DNA from: an uncultured Armatimonadetes bacterium
GTDB lineage: Bacteria > Armatimonadota > Hebobacteria > Hebobacterales > Hebobacteraceae
Direction of reading: 5' to 3'
Assembly (NCBI GenBank): GCA_963716175.1
Contig: OY970296.1
Location: forward strand, 1,824,001 to 1,888,000
Length of the DNA stretch: 64,000 nucleotides
Position 1 is the stretch's first letter. The number at the start of each line of letters is the position of its first letter. The notes beneath the pieces were generated by a model. It was given only the letters and a program-made list of their open reading frames with translations, had not been told where the DNA came from and searched no databases. Shown piece after piece: positions 60,170 to 64,000 of the stretch. A program made the position numbers and the translations under genes.

Positions 60170-60579
60170 CGCTATAGAAGCGGCGTCAAGTCCTCGTCAG
60201 TGGCCTTCCTTCCTCACGTCACAGGCGTTCTCCGCGAGCCACAAGGGCGGAGTGCCCCTTTGCGTGACGGAGCCCGCCGTGGCTCGCCCAGGATTTGTGC
60301 GCGGCTGGTTTCTCGCGAGTTCGCTATCGGCGCTCTAGGGCGCACACTGTCGTCGCGGATGGGGAGCCTCCCAGTTCGCTATAGAAGCGGCGTCAAGTCC
60401 TCATCAGTGCCTTCTTTCCTCACGTCACATGCGTTCTCCGCGAGCCGCAAGGGCGGAACCCCCGCTGTGGTGGAGCCCGCCGTGGCTCGCCCAGGATCTG
60501 TGCGCGGCTGGTTTCTCGCGAGTTCGCTATCGGCGCTCCGGGGCGCATGCTATCGTCGCGGATGGGGAGCCTCCCAGTT
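60170..60579. repeat. Two tandem diverged units (60170..60376, 207 bp; 60377..60579, 203 bp)
   Basis: Manual alignment: long identical blocks, scattered substitutions and one variable loop. Confidence 0.95.
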
Positions 60580-60656
60580 CATCGAGAGCCGTCTGCGCGG
60601 CTAGCCGATTGAGGGGGAGTGCTCCCGCCAAGGGTGCGAGCTCCAGCCGCTCGCGA
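60170..60656 (-). ncRNA. Putative bridge RNA/seekRNA region downstream of transposase
   Basis: Long non-coding right end with stems and internal loops; contains ATAGCGAACT identical to the reconstructed donor junction. Confidence 0.6.
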
Positions 60657-61699
60657 TCAAACCGTGACCTGCACGTGCTCCTCCGGTGCCAGTTCCCGCC
60701 ACGGCTGCCCGGTGCGCAAGAGATGGTAGATCAGATGCGTGGCCTTTCGCGCCACGGCCATCTTGGCGCCATTGCGATGCCCCCGCAGCTGGATCCGCCA
60801 GTAGCGCTGATGCAGGCGACTGCCCTTGCCCTGGCAGGCCATCCGGTTCGCCAGCAGGCCCAGTGCGTACCGCAGCCAGGGATTGCCCCGGTGTCCCAAG
60901 GGCCCATAGCGGCAGTGCTCTCCGCTCTGGAAGACGCGTGGTGCCAGGCCGGCATAGGAGATCAATGCCGCCGAACTGGGGAAGCGTCGAATGTCGCCGA
61001 TCTCGGCTCGCACCGCCAACGCGGTGAAGGGCCCTACCGAGGGCATCGTGCGCAACTGCGCGCAAACCGCGTCACGCTCGGCCTCTTCCTTGATCGCCAC
61101 CTCCAGCTCCGCCTCGATCTCCTGCGCCTTCTCCAGCATCTCTCGCCACAGCTCCAGCACCCGCGCCGAATGTCCCGGCAACTGCGCGGCGTCCAAGTGG
61201 TCCTTCCCCCGCTTCGAGAGCAGGCTCTTGGACTCGACCTCCCCCCAGCACCGCAACAACGATCCGATCTCGTTCACCAGCTTCGTCACCCACCGGGTCG
61301 CTCGCACCTTGCCCCGCACCAATACCCGCAGATCCTGGGTATGCTCGTCCGGTACATAGATCCCCTTGATCTCTTCCCGATACAGCTTCTGCGCCATGCG
61401 CAGGGCATCTCATCTCGCCGATCCGTCTTCGCACTACGATCCCGCTTGCGATCCCACAACTGCGCCGGGTCCGCGATCACCAGGCGGGCGAAGTAGGGCT
61501 TCAGCACGCGATACATGGACCAGGCATTGGTTCCCGTCTCCATCACCCCGTGCAAAGGGCCGGGCAGCTCCCCGAGCACGACGGCCATCACCTCCGGCTC
61601 ATTGCTGATGCGCGCACGCTCCACGATCTCGCCGGTCTCGGGATCGAAGCCCCGGAGCGTGGTCCACTGGCTGTGCACATCCAATCCCACATAGAGCAT
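60657..61699 (-). pseudogene. IS110-family transposase frameshifted by 5-bp duplication at 61406..61415
   Basis: YVGLDVH, METG, KTDRRD; then LRTMPSVGP, EIGDIRRF, YAGLAP..QSG, AVARK. Confidence 0.9.
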
Positions 61700-61930
61700 C
61701 TCTGGCTTGTCCTCCTCTGAGGCTATCGGTCAGGCCTCTGATTCGGCACCGCGAGGGCAAGCCGCTTCTATGATAGTTCGTGCAATGATGACCCGCTTAG
61801 GGAGGTGATCGCCGTCGACCACTGACCCACCCTCGAACAGTCGAAACCTGGTCTCCTGGTCGTGCAGGGACACCATCCTAGCGTTCTGACCATTGCTCGG
61901 GGTGGGTCAACCCACGGCGCCGATGGCAGG

Positions 61931-63586
61931 TCAGTTCGCGGTGCCGGCCCACAAAACTGTTCCCTCACGTATCGGCAGCAGGACGTGGGAGGCGTGGGCC
62001 GGGTCCATGTAGATGGTATTGTGGGCGACCCGGGGCGAGACGAAGCGGGGGTAGCCTATCCCGGAGTTCGCGTTGGCGGCATAGCCGGGGTAGCTGCTCG
62101 AGGTCACGTGAAGCCGTATCCGATGCCCGGTGTTGAAGACGATACTGGTTGACCAGAGGTCAAGGTCCAGGAGGTAAGGGCGGCCCGGCTCTACTGACGC
62201 CTCCTTCGACAGCGACTCACGCAACCGGAGCCTGGTGCCTCCCTCACAGATGTTGATGGAGCGTCCGTCCGGGTAGACATCGCACAGCCTGGCGATGAAG
62301 TCGGTGTCCGGCGCGTCGGTGGAGGCCCAGAGTTTCACTCGCACCCGTCCTGTCACCTCCACAGGGCGGTCCAGGGGGTCAGTGGTGAACACGAGCACAT
62401 CCGCGCGAGATTCGATGGGACGCTGGTCCCGCGGTCCGGCCGGCAGGTCATACTGGTAGCCACCAGTAGTCGGCACGGGACGGTGCGGGTCGTACGGGTA
62501 GGCGAGGGCTGTACCTTTCCTATCGCGTTTGGGTTCCAGCGTTCGATCACAATGCAGGTAGAGCCGAGTGGCCGACCTCGGGAAGGGAGGCCAGCTCTCT
62601 GCAGTGCGCCAGCGATTGCCGGGGGCTTTCGGGTCGGTCGCGTCACCCATGACATAGTAGTTCACAGGCGCAAGATCGGCGTCGGAGGTCAAGCCCTTCA
62701 GGCGGGCGCCGAACCAGGCCCAAGCATCCGCGGCACTGGCGGGTGGCTCGTCGGCGTGCGGGAAGGGCCACTTGCTAGCGAAGTCGGGGTATGACACATG
62801 GTCAGTCCCAGGCCCCATCACCAACCTCTGGGCTCGGCGTGCATGCGGCCCCCCATGTTCCTGCATGCCTAAGAAGCCATCAATCGTGCCCTGGGAGAAG
62901 ACATCATACCACCCTCCTGAGTGCAGCGCTGGCACATCCATTTGGCCATAGCGCAGCGCGGCACTGCGTTGCTGCCAGTAACTGTCGTACGTGGGATGGG
63001 ACATCCAGATCTCCAGCGCGCCCGGGTCGAAGATTTCCTCCTGCAGCCATCCCTCGACAAGCGCCTTGCGAAACAGACCGTTCGTGTAGGCGAATGTGTA
63101 GAGGTCGGGGGTCGCGACACCGATGTTTAGCGCGGCCAACCTCCGGGTTCCGGTCCCTGCTGCGAGGAACTGAGCGATCCCCATGGCGGAACCAGCATGC
63201 ATGCCGATCTTGCCATTGCACCAGGGCTGCGCAGCTATCCACTCGAGCGTGTCGTAGCCGTCCTGGTGGCCCCACCAGCCGTCACCTTCGAAGGGGAGGT
63301 TCTCTCCTTCTGAGGCGAAGCGGCCGCGGGTATTCTGGACGACAAACGCATAAACGTCGGCCGCGCGGTGGCGGGCCAAGTTGCTGTAGATGTCTTTGTC
63401 GTAAGGAGTGCGCATGAGGATCACCGGAGCTGGATTGCCTTCAGCAGGCAGGTAGACGTCAGTGGCGAGCCGCACCCCGTCGCGCATGGGCACCAGGAAG
63501 GTCTGCTTGCTCTGCTCCGTGGCAACCGAGCCTAACGCCGGGGTCAGCAGGAGCACCACTATTGCGCAGGTGAGTCTGACTCTCAC
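61931..63586 (-). CDS. Secreted CocE/NonD family hydrolase
   Basis: VPMRDGVRLATDVYLP, RTPY, RGRFASEG, DGYDTLEWI, GGWYD, GHRIRL..SSSYP. Confidence 0.88.
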   Translation of the reverse strand: MRVRLTCAIVVLLLTPALGSVATEQSKQTFLVPMRDGVRLATDVYLPAEGNPAPVILMRTPYDKDIYSNLARHRAADVYAFVVQNTRGRFASEGENLPFEGDGWWGHQDGYDTLEWIAAQPWCNGKIGMHAGSAMGIAQFLAAGTGTRRLAALNIGVATPDLYTFAYTNGLFRKALVEGWLQEEIFDPGALEIWMSHPTYDSYWQQRSAALRYGQMDVPALHSGGWYDVFSQGTIDGFLGMQEHGGPHARRAQRLVMGPGTDHVSYPDFASKWPFPHADEPPASAADAWAWFGARLKGLTSDADLAPVNYYVMGDATDPKAPGNRWRTAESWPPFPRSATRLYLHCDRTLEPKRDRKGTALAYPYDPHRPVPTTGGYQYDLPAGPRDQRPIESRADVLVFTTDPLDRPVEVTGRVRVKLWASTDAPDTDFIARLCDVYPDGRSINICEGGTRLRLRESLSKEASVEPGRPYLLDLDLWSTSIVFNTGHRIRLHVTSSSYPGYAANANSGIGYPRFVSPRVAHNTIYMDPAHASHVLLPIREGTVLWAGTAN

Positions 63587-63930
63587 GCTCACTCCTCCGG
63601 AAATCGTTCGCATCGTCGTTCGTGGAGTATCCCACCGGGCAGCGACACAGTCAATGTGGCGGCCCGTGGACATGGGGGCCACTGGTGCCTGCTGTTGGGC
63701 AGCGAACCGGCATGACCCACCAGAGGCGGAATCGGCGTCGAATCGTGAGCCAGTGGAAGCGAAGGCCGGAGGACGAAGACAGCGCCTCCGGAGACCAAGG
63801 TGACCGAATCAGGAGTGGGTCAGCTTCGGGCGCCGATGGCGGGTCAGGTCCGGATGCAGACTGCGATCACCAGACAGCAGAGCGTCACGAGTGGTCCTCG
63901 CGCGGCACGGTCGCATCTGCTATAGTGGCA

Positions 63931-64000
63931 TCAGGTGTTGTGCCTCAGCCAGCTCAGGAGGCGCTCTGCTTCCTCCACTGACCCCGCGCCGGTGGAGTAG
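63931..64000 (-). CDS. Possible 3' end of an upstream CDS (..YSTGAGSVEEAERLLSWLRHNT)
   Basis: Open frame from window end to TGA; protein-like C-terminal helix. Confidence 0.35.
   Translation of the reverse strand, partial: YSTGAGSVEEAERLLSWLRHNT

Larger units (their letters stand above)
60170..61780 (-). mobile_element. IS110-family (IS1111-type) insertion sequence with duplicated right end
   Basis: Sub-terminal inverted repeats gccgcttctat (61761..61771) and atagaagcggc (60174..60184, 60381..60391); CG dinucleotide at each end; DEDD transposase. Confidence 0.88.

Noticed and set aside
60100-60170. attC site as IS1111 target (GACTAAC next to the insertion point)
   Set aside because: No matching GTTRRRY end or attC-like pairing found; no integron integrase
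60170-60579. CRISPR array interpretation of the tandem repeat
   Set aside because: Two units of about 205 bp without repeat-spacer structure; no cas genes
61823-61909. 10-bp inverted repeat beside the IS left end as part of the element
   Set aside because: Lies outside the CG core and IR-defined end; more likely 3' structure of the CocE gene
55065-64000. Genomic island integrated at ssrA
   Set aside because: No integrase and no direct repeat of the tmRNA 3' end within the window

Overview
GC-rich bacterial window, inferred to be from a diderm Terrabacteria lineage, most likely Armatimonadota (SLH proteins, lptC/A/B with a single LptF/G, Cys-rich prepilin-type DUF1559 proteins). Core genes: rplI-dnaB-purD-prs-purE-purB, kinase-pdxA-rpe-larB-larC, folE2, an MDH/LDH, acyl-CoA dehydrogenase-etfB-etfA(Fd), smpB, tmRNA and nifS. 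Accessory content: secreted glycosidase-like proteins with nested domain insertions, GT-C glycosyltransferases, two Thr-type sulfatase-like proteins alternating with two pilin-like proteins, HicAB and MNT-HEPN toxin-antitoxin pairs, an orphan permuted DNA methyltransferase, a lone UvrD-like helicase inserted into the ACAD-ETF operon, and many GTAG-REP-like palindromes. The most striking item is a complete IS1111-type IS110 element (60170..61780). Its right-end non-coding region (putative bridge/seekRNA) is present as two diverged tandem units of about 205 bp, joined through a sequence that mimics the element's own circle junction. Several 1-2 nt frameshifts in homopolymer or CG runs (purB, purE, lptC, sulfatase, smpB, a GH-like gene) look like sequencing errors. 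All calls are from motif recognition; no searches were run.
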